A DNA stretch of 64,000 bases from assembly GCA_963745235.1 (NCBI GenBank), contig CAVUXE010000058.1, positions 64,001-128,000 of the forward strand. Direction: 5' to 3'. The notes under the pieces are model-generated. The model worked only from the letters and a program-made list of their open reading frames with translations, was not told the DNA's origin and ran no database searches. Source of the DNA: an uncultured Spirochaetota bacterium. GTDB taxonomy: Bacteria > Spirochaetota > Spirochaetia > SZUA-6 > Fen-1364. Made by a program: the position numbers and the translations under genes. This document shows positions 1 to 9,297 of the stretch, one piece after another. Each line of letters begins with the position of its first letter. Within the stretch, counting starts at the first letter, position 1.

Positions 1-4
1 GGGC

Positions 5-1642
5 GTGGATTCCCCGCCGGAGGAGATTCGGGGCCACGGCTGTGATCCCGAGCAATATCGCAGGTATGAGACGGCGCTGCGAAAGACGGGAAACGTGGAC
101 TTCGGTGACCTGATCCTCCTTCCCATCCGCCTCATGCGTGCGCATCCCGAGGTGCGCGAGCGTACGCGCCAGAGGTTCCACGTCGTCCTGGTGGATGAGT
201 ACCAGGACTCCAATATCGCCCAGTTCGAGCTCCTGAAGGAGCTGTGGCGACCCGAGACCTATCTTTGCGTGGTCGGGGACGATGACCAGTCCATCTACCG
301 CTTCCGCGGGGCGGAGGTGGGAAATATCCTTTCCTTTCCCAAGGTGTTCCCCGGGACCACGATTGTCCGCCTGGAAAGGAACTACCGCTCGACCCAACCC
401 ATCCTGGACATTGCCTCCGCGGTTGTCAGCAACAACAAGGGCAGGCTCGGGAAGACTCTCTGGACGGACAGGCAGGAGGGCGAGCAGCCCGCCGTCTACT
501 GCCTGGAAGACCAGGAGGAAGAGGCCGAGCTGTGCTCACGGATTGTCGGCGACGGGTTTTCGGGAGACACCGCAATCCTCTACCGCATGAACGCGCAGTC
601 CCTGCATTTCGAGAGACTCTTCCGGGAGAAGCGCATTCCGTTTCGCCTGGTCGGGACGACGGGCTTCTATTCCCGGGAGGAAGTGAAAGATGCGGTGGCG
701 TACCTTTCTCTCCTTGCCAATCCGAACGACGAGGTCCGGTTTCGCCGGGTCGTAAACAAGCCGGGCCGGGGAGTCGGAGAGGCGAGCGTGGAGAAGATCA
801 TTACCGAATGGCGCTCGGATGGAGGGGGGATCCCGCAAGCCTGCCGGCGCGCGGCCGGACGGCTTCCCCCCCGCGCGCGGGCGGGGCTGTCCGACCTGCT
901 GGCACTCCTTGACGAGCTCGGGTCTGCCCTGCCTGAGACGCCGCTTTCCGAGCTGGCACGGGTGCTGATCTCCCGGGCAGGCCTCTTCGAGATGTACAAG
1001 AGCAAGGACCGCTCGGATGGCACCGCGCGGTCCCAGAACCTGGAGGAGATGGTCAGCGACCTTGCTTCCTACGGGATGGGCCCCGAGGAGCTCGTGCGCT
1101 ACCTCGAGGATGTCGCGCTGGCAAGCCCCGGCGACGAGAAGGCCGCGGGGGACGCCGACGCGAAGGTGAGCCTGATCACCATTCACAACACCAAGGGCCT
1201 CGAGTTCGACCGGGTGATCGTCACGGGCCTGGAAGAGGGGATCTTCCCGCACGAATCAAGCGACTGGGGAGAGCCGGAGGAGATCGAAGAGGAGAGACGG
1301 CTGTTCTACGTGGGGATAACGCGCGCCCGGGAAAAGCTCATCCTGACATGGTGCAGGCGGCGGCGGATCTTCGGCCGATATTCCGACATGGCCCCGTCAC
1401 GCTTCCTGGATGAGATTCCCGAAGGAGCCGCCAAGAGGCTGGGTGAGGACGGCGCAAAGGAGGTCTCCGACGAGTACGCGGTCGGAACCGGCGTCTATCA
1501 TGATGAGTACGGCCCCGGCGTGGTGGAGAGGAAATGGTATACTGACGGGACCCTCCTGGTGCAGGTCAGGTTCGAGTCGGGGAGGGTCGCGAAGTTCCTG
1601 CCGAAATACACGCGGCTGGAACGGATCAGCCTGGGTGAGTAG
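5..1642 (+). CDS. pcrA: UvrD/PcrA-family ATP-dependent DNA helicase (5' end lies outside the window)
   Basis: Motifs VLVDEYQDSN, VGDDDQSIYRFRGA, LERNYRST, TIHNTKGLEF and EEERRLFYVGITRA. Walker A is missing, so the gene starts upstream. Confidence 0.92.
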   Translation: MDSPPEEIRGHGCDPEQYRRYETALRKTGNVDFGDLILLPIRLMRAHPEVRERTRQRFHVVLVDEYQDSNIAQFELLKELWRPETYLCVVGDDDQSIYRFRGAEVGNILSFPKVFPGTTIVRLERNYRSTQPILDIASAVVSNNKGRLGKTLWTDRQEGEQPAVYCLEDQEEEAELCSRIVGDGFSGDTAILYRMNAQSLHFERLFREKRIPFRLVGTTGFYSREEVKDAVAYLSLLANPNDEVRFRRVVNKPGRGVGEASVEKIITEWRSDGGGIPQACRRAAGRLPPRARAGLSDLLALLDELGSALPETPLSELARVLISRAGLFEMYKSKDRSDGTARSQNLEEMVSDLASYGMGPEELVRYLEDVALASPGDEKAAGDADAKVSLITIHNTKGLEFDRVIVTGLEEGIFPHESSDWGEPEEIEEERRLFYVGITRAREKLILTWCRRRRIFGRYSDMAPSRFLDEIPEGAAKRLGEDGAKEVSDEYAVGTGVYHDEYGPGVVERKWYTDGTLLVQVRFESGRVAKFLPKYTRLERISLGE

Positions 1643-1646
1643 GAAA

Positions 1647-2432
1647 ATGCAAGGGATGAAGGACGTCCAGGGCGGCCCGGACAGCAGGAACATGCCCATC
1701 CAGAAGGTGGGGATACGCCACATACGCTACCCGATCACCGTCCGGGACAAGAGCCGGGAGACGCAGGACACGGTGGCCAACCTGACCTTGTCGGTGAACC
1801 TCCCGCACAACTACCGCGGGACTCACATGAGCAGGCTCATCGAAGTGCTGGACCGGTTCAAGAACGAGGTGAGCTACCACACCCTCGACGTGATTCTCCT
1901 GTCCATCAAGAAGGCGCTGAACGCGGAGGAATCGCATATCGAGATCTCCTTTCCTTTCTTCCAGCGCACCCGGGCCCCGGTGTCCGGGATGGAATCCACC
2001 ATGTCCTACGACTGCCTGATCTCGGCAACCTACGCGCAGCACCTGGAGATCTCCACCCGCGTGGATGTGCCGGTGCACACATTGTGCCCCTGCTCGCGGG
2101 AGATATCGCGTGTGTCCGCGCACAACCAGAGAGGGACCGTATCGATAACCGTCGGCATGACCAAGTTCATCTGGATCGAGGACCTGATCGACATTGCAGA
2201 GACCTCCGCCTCCAGCCCGGTCTATACGCTGCTGAAGAGGGAGGATGAAAAGTTCATCACCGAGCACGCCTACGAGAACCCCCGGTTCGTGGAGGACGTG
2301 GTGCGCGAGGTCGCGCTGCGCCTGGACCCGCTCCCCGGCCTGCGCTACTACTCCATCGAAGTGGAGAACTTCGAGTCCATCCACAACCACAGCGCGTACG
2401 CGGTCATCACCAAGAGCTTCGATGGACGGTAG
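1647..2432 (+). CDS. folE2: GTP cyclohydrolase IB (FolE2)
   Basis: MKDVQ...IQKVGI, RGTHMSR, TLCPCSREIS, AHNQRG, LLKREDEKFITEHAYENPRFVED, ESIHNHSAYA. Confidence 0.93.
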   Translation: MQGMKDVQGGPDSRNMPIQKVGIRHIRYPITVRDKSRETQDTVANLTLSVNLPHNYRGTHMSRLIEVLDRFKNEVSYHTLDVILLSIKKALNAEESHIEISFPFFQRTRAPVSGMESTMSYDCLISATYAQHLEISTRVDVPVHTLCPCSREISRVSAHNQRGTVSITVGMTKFIWIEDLIDIAETSASSPVYTLLKREDEKFITEHAYENPRFVEDVVREVALRLDPLPGLRYYSIEVENFESIHNHSAYAVITKSFDGR

Positions 2433-3261
2433 CCGGGCCGCCGCGGTGGTTCCTGTGGTCAAGCGGGCACGGGGATTCCGGCTCTACGATCAACAGGGCA
2501 GGCGGTACCTCGACCTCTATCGGGATGACGGCGGGGCGCTCCTGGGGCACCGAAGCGGATCCACGGTCACGCTGATGAAGTCTGTCCTTTCCCAGGGGTT
2601 GGCCGGGGCGCTCCCGTCCGTCTGGGAGGCGCGCCTCCTCGCGATGATCGCAGCCATGTTTCCCGCTCACCGCAACGTCCGCCTCTATTCATCACGCTCG
2701 CGGGCGCTGGAGGCCGTGTCCTGCTTCGAGGGAATGAGGGTCGAACCGTCCGACATCTACGACCCGGCAATCCACGCCCAGCCGCGCGGACAGCCCCGCG
2801 CGTCGCTTTGGCGCCCTTTTCTGCCGGACGGCGCTTCCCCCCCCGCCGCCCATTCGGCCCTCCTCCCCGTCCTTCCCCTGACTGTCTGCGAATCCCCGGC
2901 ACCCGTGTGCTTTCCGGAAGGGCCGCTCGTCGGGCTCTCCGACTCAGACCACCTCCCGGGCTTCGTGCTTGCCGGCGCTTTCACGGCCCTGGCTCAGCTG
3001 CGCGCGGCGCGCGCCAACCCCTTTGAGGCTCCTGCCGCCGTGCAGAAAGCCCTCGACGCCTCACGGGGCTGGGCGCGCACGGGCCCCTACGTGAGGGCCA
3101 CTTTCTCTCCCGACGAATATCCGCGCGTGCATGGCGAGTTCCTGCGCGCCGGCGTTCTCCTGTGCCCCAGGTATCCTGGCCCCAGCATCCTCCCGGGGGA
3201 GTGCTCCCCGGGAGAGGCGAGGCTGCTCGCGAAGCTCTTCACCAGCATCCCCGGAGGTTGA
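2422..3261 (+). CDS. Short class-III aminotransferase-fold protein of unknown function
   Basis: N-terminal VKRARGFRLYDQQGRRYLDL...LLGH matches the class-III/GSA-aminomutase start. Only ~279 aa; overlaps the folE2 stop. Confidence 0.6.
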   Translation: MDGSRAAAVVPVVKRARGFRLYDQQGRRYLDLYRDDGGALLGHRSGSTVTLMKSVLSQGLAGALPSVWEARLLAMIAAMFPAHRNVRLYSSRSRALEAVSCFEGMRVEPSDIYDPAIHAQPRGQPRASLWRPFLPDGASPPAAHSALLPVLPLTVCESPAPVCFPEGPLVGLSDSDHLPGFVLAGAFTALAQLRAARANPFEAPAAVQKALDASRGWARTGPYVRATFSPDEYPRVHGEFLRAGVLLCPRYPGPSILPGECSPGEARLLAKLFTSIPGG

Positions 3262-3263
3262 TC

Positions 3264-3563
3264 ATGGACATTACAGCCTTCTCCGTCGACGCATCGCATC
3301 TGCTGTTCGGCGCGTTCGCCACCTTCTGCGCAATCCTCCTGTGGTCGCGCACCCGGGAGATGGGGTGGACCTTCCTCATCATGGCCGTCATCATTTCCTA
3401 CGCCGACATCGTGCTGGGGACCCTGCGAACCTACGGAATCCTGGGACCGGAGCCTGTGGTGGGGCCGGGCATCCCGCTGGTGCGCATCCTGCTCGCGGAT
3501 GTGCCCCTCCTTTTCTTCGGCATAGGATTCATCATCGCCTTCGCCCGCAAGAGGACGCACTGA
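3264..3563 (+). CDS. Small membrane protein (~99 aa, about 3 TM helices)
   Basis: GGAGG RBS, three hydrophobic segments, basic C-terminus. Confidence 0.7.
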   Translation: MDITAFSVDASHLLFGAFATFCAILLWSRTREMGWTFLIMAVIISYADIVLGTLRTYGILGPEPVVGPGIPLVRILLADVPLLFFGIGFIIAFARKRTH

Positions 3564-3565
3564 TC

Positions 3566-5045
3566 ATGGCCCCCGTCCACGTCATCCCGGCGCGGGACGA
3601 GCAGAACATGGAGCAGAAGCTCGTGACCCTGCTGCTTGCCGCGGTGGAGGACAAGCCGGACCTCATCGTGTCCGTCTTTGCCGGCACCCCGGCGTTCGGC
3701 GCATATCGGTTGCTGGTGGAACGGGCGCGGGCGGAGCTCGTTGACTTCTCCCGGGTGCGCTTCGTTGTCTTCGACGAGCTGGTCCGCCCGTCCCCCGTCG
3801 CTCCGTTTCGGGCGGTTCTGGACGAACGGTTGCTCGGCCCCCTGGCCGTGCCCCCGGAGAATGTCATTGCCTTTGACCCGACGCGACGCCACGCGGATGA
3901 AACGGTCCGCATCGCAAGCTGGCTCGGCGTTGCCGGCATCGATATCGCGCTCCTCTCCGTGGATTCCCGAGGCCACATCGGGTTTCACGTCACGGGGTCG
4001 GACCTGGAGTCCAAAGCGGGGATCCTGGCGGTCCCCAACAAAGAACGCTGGGGCGCGGACAACGCCTTTTCTCTTGGCCTGGCGGATCTCCGCACTGCCT
4101 CGCGGATCCTCCTTTTTGCCGCCGGGCGCAACCTTGCCGAGATCGTGCAGCGTCTCATGGAGGGGAGCTTCGACCCGGCAATTCCGATCTCCGTCCTCCA
4201 GCGGCACGAGAACGTGACCCTCATAGCGGACCGCGGAGCGCTCTCCCGCATCGAGCGCAAGGAGCGCATCAGCGGATTCCACTCCGGCCTTTTCATCATG
4301 GACGCTGAGACAGTCCCCTCCGAGCGCCGGGTCCTCGTCATCTCTCCGCATCCGGATGATGCCCCCATCAGCCTGGGCGGGACCATGGCCATGCTCAGCC
4401 CGCGCTGCCCGGCTGGTCACCGCGGTCATGAGCACGGGCCATCGCTCTTTCATCTACGGCACGCAGCGAAGCGAGCGCATCGCAATCCGCGAAGGGGAGG
4501 TGGTCAAGGAATCACGCATCCTGGGGGTCGAGCCCCGGTTCCTGCGGCTTCCCTTCTACGACAGCAATTACGACGTCACGGAGCGCGACATCTCCGCCCT
4601 CCTGGCGCTGGTGGAGGAGCTGGACCCCGACTGGGTATTCATGCCGCACGTCCGGGATTCGCACCCCGCCCATATCGCAAGCAGGCGCATCGCGGTGGAG
4701 ACCCTGCGCCGTTTTCTCGGCGGGACGCAGAAGACCATCGAGGCGTGGAACTTCGAAGGGCCCTGGGCCCTGTTCAACCGCGGTGACTTCGACACCATCG
4801 TGACCGTGCCGCGCCTGCCCTTCGAGCGCAAGCTGCAGGCAATCCGCGCGCATGAATCCCAGGTGGCGCGAACGCCCTACGACGTGGCGGCCGAGTCCCT
4901 GGGCCGGCTGCGCGCCGCCCTGGTGCCCGAATCCGAGCTTGCCGGGTTCGGCGCCCGGCCGCCCCGGCTGGAGGCGTGGCTGGAGCTTTTCTCCCGGGAA
5001 ATCCTCCGCGGCGAGCCGGTGGCCGAAGCTCCGCCCCGGGAGTAG
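3566..5045 (+). CDS. NagB/6PGL-like domain fused to a PIG-L-family N-deacetylase (frameshift near 4405)
   Basis: N-domain FDEL and GHIGF...P.S.LQRH.NVTLIAD are NagB-like. C-domain has SPHPDD, HPAH and KLQAIRAHESQ (PIG-L). ORFs 3131-4786 and 4356-5045 join. Confidence 0.75.
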
Positions 5046-5115
5046 ACCCCCGGCACTGACACCGTGCGAGGCCTTTGCTGCGCCGAGGGCCAAAGGCAGG
5101 ATGGCGGCATTCTCC

Positions 5116-5158
5116 TTGACATCATCATATTACAGCCGTAATATTACGACCGTCATGA
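5116..5158 (+). promoter_or_regulatory. Sigma70 promoter TTGACA-17-TAATAT with tandem TetR-type operator
   Basis: -35 at 5116-5121, -10 at 5139-5144. Perfect palindrome ATATTAC-agcc-GTAATAT at 5127-5144 and a degenerate copy ATATTAC-gacc-GTCATGA at 5141-5158. Confidence 0.8.
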
Positions 5159-5778
5159 AGGAAAGGAATCCCCGCCGGGGAGGCGAGGCAGCCGCGGAGG
5201 ACAGAAAAGGCAAGTCTCATGAGAAGATCCAGGGCGCGGCGGCCCGCCTCCTGCGCACAGACGGCATAGGAGGCGCGAGCGTCCGCAGGGTCATGGCGGC
5301 TGCCGGCATGACCGGGGGCGGGTTTTACGCCCACTTCCCGTCGAAGGCGACGTTGACGCAGGAGGCTTTCTCCTGCGCAGCGCGGGAGAAACGCAGGGTC
5401 CTTTCCGCGACGCTGGGGGACGCCCGGGGGCCTTCCTACATCGACCGGTTCCTTCGCGCTTACCTCACGCGCGATCATCGTGATGACCTGCAGACCGGAT
5501 GCCCTTACGCGGCGCTCCTCTCGGAGCTGCCCCGTTCGAGCCGGGCCGTGCGGTCCCGGGTGCGGGAGGAGTTCTCCCGCGGCGTGAAGGCCTTTGCGGA
5601 GCGGTTGGAGGGGAGGGAGCCGTCGGAAGCCCGGGAAAAGGCAATCCTTGCCCTGTGCCTGGCGTTCGGGGCGCTGGCAATGTCGAGAACGCTCGCGGAT
5701 TTTCCGGAAGGGGACGAAGTGCTGGACCTGGCTGCCGCGGGAGCGAAGTATTTCAAGGGAGTGAAGAGCAGATCATGA
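5155..5778 (+). CDS. TetR/AcrR-family transcriptional regulator
   Basis: HTH motif ASVRRVMAAAGMTGGGFYAHFPSK; C-terminal GCP motif. Confidence 0.9.
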   Translation: MKERNPRRGGEAAAEDRKGKSHEKIQGAAARLLRTDGIGGASVRRVMAAAGMTGGGFYAHFPSKATLTQEAFSCAAREKRRVLSATLGDARGPSYIDRFLRAYLTRDHRDDLQTGCPYAALLSELPRSSRAVRSRVREEFSRGVKAFAERLEGREPSEAREKAILALCLAFGALAMSRTLADFPEGDEVLDLAAAGAKYFKGVKSRS

Positions 5779-7035
5779 AGAAAAGGGTTGTCGTGACGGG
5801 GATGGGGATCGTGTCGCCCCTGGGGGTCGGGCTGGAGGTCGCATGGGAGAGGCTCATGGCGGGAAGATCAGGAATCAGGGCCATCGACCGGTTCCCCGTT
5901 TCACATCTTGCATCCCGAGTCGCCGGCATGGTGCCCCTTGGCTCCGGACCGGGAGAGCTCGACCTGTCGAGCGGTTTTCCGCCCCGCGAGACGAAGCGTA
6001 ACGATCCGTTCATCTTGTACGCGCGGAAGGCCGCGGAGGAAGCCCTTGCAGATGCCGGCTATGCTCCGGAGGACACGGCGGAAAAGGAGCGCGTCGGCGT
6101 CATTGTCGGCACCGGGATAGGGGGCTTTTCCACGCTGGCAAACGGGGCCGTGGACTTCTCCGCCCGCGGGGAGACCGGGCTCTCGACATATTTCATCACG
6201 TCCCAGCTCGCCAACCTGGCGAGCGGGCAGATTGCCATTGCCCACGGCTTCGGTGGGCCGAACTTCTCTGTCATGAGCGCTTGCGCGACGGGCGCGGAGG
6301 CAATTTCCTGCGCGGCCCGCGCCATCCTCCTGGGGGAGGCGGATGTTGTTCTCGCCGGGGGCAGCGATGCCGCGGTCCATCCCCTGTCGATTGCCCGGGT
6401 TCACGAAAATCCACGCCTTGAGCACCCACTGGAACGACACCCCGCAGCGCGCCTCACGGCCGTTTGACTCCGAGCGGGACGGTTTTGTCCTGGCGGAAGG
6501 AGCGGGGGTCCTCATCCTGGAGGACCTTGAGCACGCGAAGGCGCGAGGGGCGCGCATCCACGCGGAGCTTGCAGGGTACGCTTCGGTGAGCGACGCCTAC
6601 CACATCACCGCCTCCCACCCCGAGGGCCTGGGGGAGCAGCGCGCGCTGCGTCTCTGCCTGCAGCGGGCAGGGATCCCGGCAGACAGCGTGGACTATCTCA
6701 ACGCCCATGCCACGGGCACACAGATAGGAGATGCGGGAGAACTGCACGCCATCATGAGGGTGTTTGGCAGCGGGAGCAGGCCTGCAATCTCCTCTACGAA
6801 GGGCGCAATGGGGCACACCTTCGGGGCCGCGGGGGCCATCGAGGCAATCATCTCCGTGATGTCGATCACGCACGGAGCGTGCCCGCCGACCCTGAACCTC
6901 GAAAAGCCGGACGAGGAGTTCGCGGGCCTGAACCTCGTGCCCTGCACGCCCCAGGAACGCCCCGTCCGCGTGGCCCTTTCGAACTCCTTCGGGTTCGGCA
7001 GCACGAAAGTGGCCCTCGTGTTTTCCCGGTTCTGA
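5775..7035 (+). CDS. fabF: Beta-ketoacyl-ACP synthase II (frameshift near 6395)
   Basis: KRVVVTGMG, SACATG (catalytic Cys), RPFDSERDGFV, NAHATGT, STKGAMGH, SNSFGFG. Confidence 0.9.
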
Positions 7036-7038
7036 TGC

Positions 7039-7068
7039 AAAAGGCCCGGGGGGGCCGGGCCTTCTCTT
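7039..7068. terminator. Bidirectional intrinsic terminator between fabF and ferredoxin
   Basis: Stem AAGGCCCGG/CCGGGCCTT with A-run on the left and pyrimidine run on the right. Confidence 0.65.
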
Positions 7069-7081
7069 CGCAAAGGGATTT

Positions 7082-7267
7082 CTACTCGACGATAATGGCT
7101 TCGGCAGGGCAGTCGGTTGCGGCGTCCTTCACCACGTTCTGGAGATTGGCCGGAACCTCGGGGTTGATGACCTCGGCGGCGTCTTTTCCCATCTTGAAAA
7201 CCTGCGGAACCGCGTCCGTGCACAGGCCGCAAGCGGTACAGAGGTCCGGGTCGATTCGCACCTTCAT
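7082..7267 (-). CDS. Monocluster ferredoxin (61 aa)
   Basis: CTACGLC...CPAEAI; AAAGGAG RBS upstream. Confidence 0.9.
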   Translation of the reverse strand: MKVRIDPDLCTACGLCTDAVPQVFKMGKDAAEVINPEVPANLQNVVKDAATDCPAEAIIVE

Positions 7268-7318
7268 GCGTTGCTCCTTTCGTTGTTGATTTTCCGCCGC
7301 GGTTGCGGCGTGAGCTCC

Positions 7319-7347
7319 ACAATACCTGATTCCGGCCCATTGCACAA
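7319..7347 (-). promoter_or_regulatory. Putative ferredoxin promoter TTGTGC-17-TATTGT
   Basis: Consensus-like hexamers with 17-nt spacer, ~50 nt upstream of the start codon. Confidence 0.45.
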
Positions 7348-7418
7348 GCCGCACCGGAATGGGAGTGGCCGCGCCGGAGTCGAACGACACGAATGTCACT
7401 CGCGCCGGGGCCGCCTTA

Positions 7419-7446
7419 TTGACACCACGGCATATTTTGCTATTCT
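7419..7446 (+). promoter_or_regulatory. Promoter TTGACA-16-TATTCT with extended -10 TG
   Basis: Perfect -35 and TGnTATTCT, upstream of the gene at 7485. Confidence 0.6.
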
Positions 7447-7484
7447 TTGCAGAGAAACAAAACAATACGAACCGGAGGCTTCAC

Positions 7485-7742
7485 ATGATCGCTTTGACCA
7501 TAGGCATTGTCCTCATACTCTTCGCTGTTTACTCCGTCCTTCCGGTCTCCTGGGGTCTGCAGTGGTGGGCGGAGGTCATCCAGTTTCTCAAAGGCGGAGT
7601 GCCCATCCTGGCGGTCTTTGTCGGCCTCATAGCGTTTTTCGTCGGCATTGCGGACATCAAGGACAAGAGAGAAGCCAAGAAGGAAGAGGAAGAGGAAAAG
7701 GCCGAGAAGAAGGAAGAAAAGAAGGCGGATGAGAAGAAGTGA
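7485..7742 (+). CDS. Small 2-TM membrane protein with highly charged K/E tail
   Basis: GGAGG RBS, two hydrophobic helices, tail DIKDKREAKKEEEEEKAEKKEEKK. Confidence 0.75.
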   Translation: MIALTIGIVLILFAVYSVLPVSWGLQWWAEVIQFLKGGVPILAVFVGLIAFFVGIADIKDKREAKKEEEEEKAEKKEEKKADEKK

Positions 7743-7784
7743 AGCTCTTGACATTCCCGGACCGATGTGTCACGGTACCCTTCC

Positions 7785-7807
7785 TGCGGCTCCGGAGCCG
7801 CATTTTT
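7785..7807 (+). terminator. Terminator-like hairpin in the rplM leader
   Basis: Perfect palindrome TGCGGCTCCGGAGCCGCA followed by TTTTT. Confidence 0.5.
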
Positions 7808-7827
7808 CACGGAAGGGTTGAGCACAG

Positions 7828-8259
7828 ATGAAAACCATATTTGTCAAGCCGGATGAGGTGGAGCGCAAGTGGTACCTCATCGACGCCGAGGGCAAGGTCC
7901 TGGGCAGGCTGGCGTCCCGGGTGGTGGGGATCCTCCGGGGCAAGAACAAGCCTGAGTTTTCCCCTCACTGGGACCTCGGTGACTCGGTCATCATCGTCAA
8001 TGCGGACAAGATCCGGGTCACGGGCCGCAAGCCGGCTCAGAAGATGTACTATCGCCATTCCGGATACCCGGGTGGCTTCCGCGCGGAGCCTTTTGAGAAG
8101 GTTTTCGCGCGCAAGCCGGCCTGGCCACTGGAGCGGGCAATCCAGGGCATGCTCCCCAAGGGAGCCCTGGGGAGAAAGATCTTCAAGCACCTGAAGGTCT
8201 ATGCGGGGCCCGAGCATCCCCACGTTTCCCAGAAGCCCGTCAAGCTGGAAATCAGCTGA
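7828..8259 (+). CDS. rplM: 50S ribosomal protein L13
   Basis: [49 protein letters not shown]. Confidence 0.98.
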   Translation: MKTIFVKPDEVERKWYLIDAEGKVLGRLASRVVGILRGKNKPEFSPHWDLGDSVIIVNADKIRVTGRKPAQKMYYRHSGYPGGFRAEPFEKVFARKPAWPLERAIQGMLPKGALGRKIFKHLKVYAGPEHPHVSQKPVKLEIS

Positions 8260-8273
8260 AAGAGGAGAATGCT

Positions 8274-8666
8274 TTGGTAAAGAACCTTGCAGTCGCAACA
8301 GGCAAGCGCAAGACATCCATAGCGCGCGTATTCCTTCGTGACGGAGCCGGAAAAATAACCGTGAACGAAAAGTCGGTGGAAGAGTATTTCGCGGGGCTTC
8401 TCACGGCCCAGAGCGTGCTCGCTCCTCTGGAGGTCACCAGCAATACCGGCAAGTTCGATGTGCTCATCCGCGTCAGCGGCGGCGGCGTGTCCTCCCAGAT
8501 AGAGGCGTGCAGGCACGGGCTGGCTCGGGCTCTCAACGCGTATGACGCGTCCAACCACACCGCCCTGCGGGCAAACGGCTTCCTGACCAGGGACCCGCGC
8601 ATGGTGGAAAGGAAGAAGTACGGCCAGGCCGGTGCCAGAAGACGCTTCCAGTTCTCCAAGAGATAG
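8274..8666 (+). CDS. rpsI: 30S ribosomal protein S9
   Basis: GKRKTSIARV, GFLTRDPRMVERKKYG, RRFQFSKR. Confidence 0.98.
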   Translation: MVKNLAVATGKRKTSIARVFLRDGAGKITVNEKSVEEYFAGLLTAQSVLAPLEVTSNTGKFDVLIRVSGGGVSSQIEACRHGLARALNAYDASNHTALRANGFLTRDPRMVERKKYGQAGARRRFQFSKR

Positions 8667-9297
8667 AGCCTCAGGAACCTCGTTTCCCGTCGTTTCAATC
8701 GAGCTCAAGGGGGCTGCCGGCGAGATGGTTCGAATCCATCTGGCCGACGGCTCTTTTTTTGTCATCCACGCCGAAGTTTTTGCCACGGAGGGTCTGGCCG
8801 CGGGAGACGTCCTGGATGATGCCCGCGTTGCGGCGCTGAAAGCCCGTTCGGAGCTCATCCTCGCCCGGCAGACCGCGCTTCGGCTCCTGTCGCGGGCCGC
8901 CCAGACCCGCAGGGGGCTGGTCAGGAAACTCCGATCCCGCGGCTTCAGCGGTGAGGCGACCAGCTCCGCGGTGAGCCGAATGATCGAGCTCGGCTACGTC
9001 GATGACCGGGCGTATGCCGAGAACTGGGCGAGGTTTCGCCTCTCCGCGCGGAAGGAGGGGTGGAAGTCACTGTACCGGGGGCTTCTGCGCAACGGGGTGC
9101 CGCGCGCCATCGCAGAGGATGTGCTTGAACAGGAATGCACTGAGGAAGTCGAACTGGAGCGCGCCCGACTGCTGGTCCACGGGCTTGCGCCCAGGACCGC
9201 GGTGAGCAGGCTCACGTCCCGGGGTTTTCGCTCCCGGACAATTGCCCGAATACTTTCGGAAATGAAGAGGGAAGCCCGGCAAGAGACGGAGGAGTAA
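8632..9297 (+). CDS. recX: RecX regulatory protein (start uncertain)
   Basis: ALRLLSR...LVRKLRSRGF...GYVDDRAYAENW...RLTSRGF; follows rpsI as in Treponema. Confidence 0.82.
   Translation: MPEDASSSPRDRASGTSFPVVSIELKGAAGEMVRIHLADGSFFVIHAEVFATEGLAAGDVLDDARVAALKARSELILARQTALRLLSRAAQTRRGLVRKLRSRGFSGEATSSAVSRMIELGYVDDRAYAENWARFRLSARKEGWKSLYRGLLRNGVPRAIAEDVLEQECTEEVELERARLLVHGLAPRTAVSRLTSRGFRSRTIARILSEMKREARQETEE

Noticed and set aside
7360-7392. GTTCGACTCC...GGCCAC on the minus strand as a tRNA 3' half or att site
   Set aside because: The T-stem does not pair, there is no cloverleaf, and no integrase is nearby.
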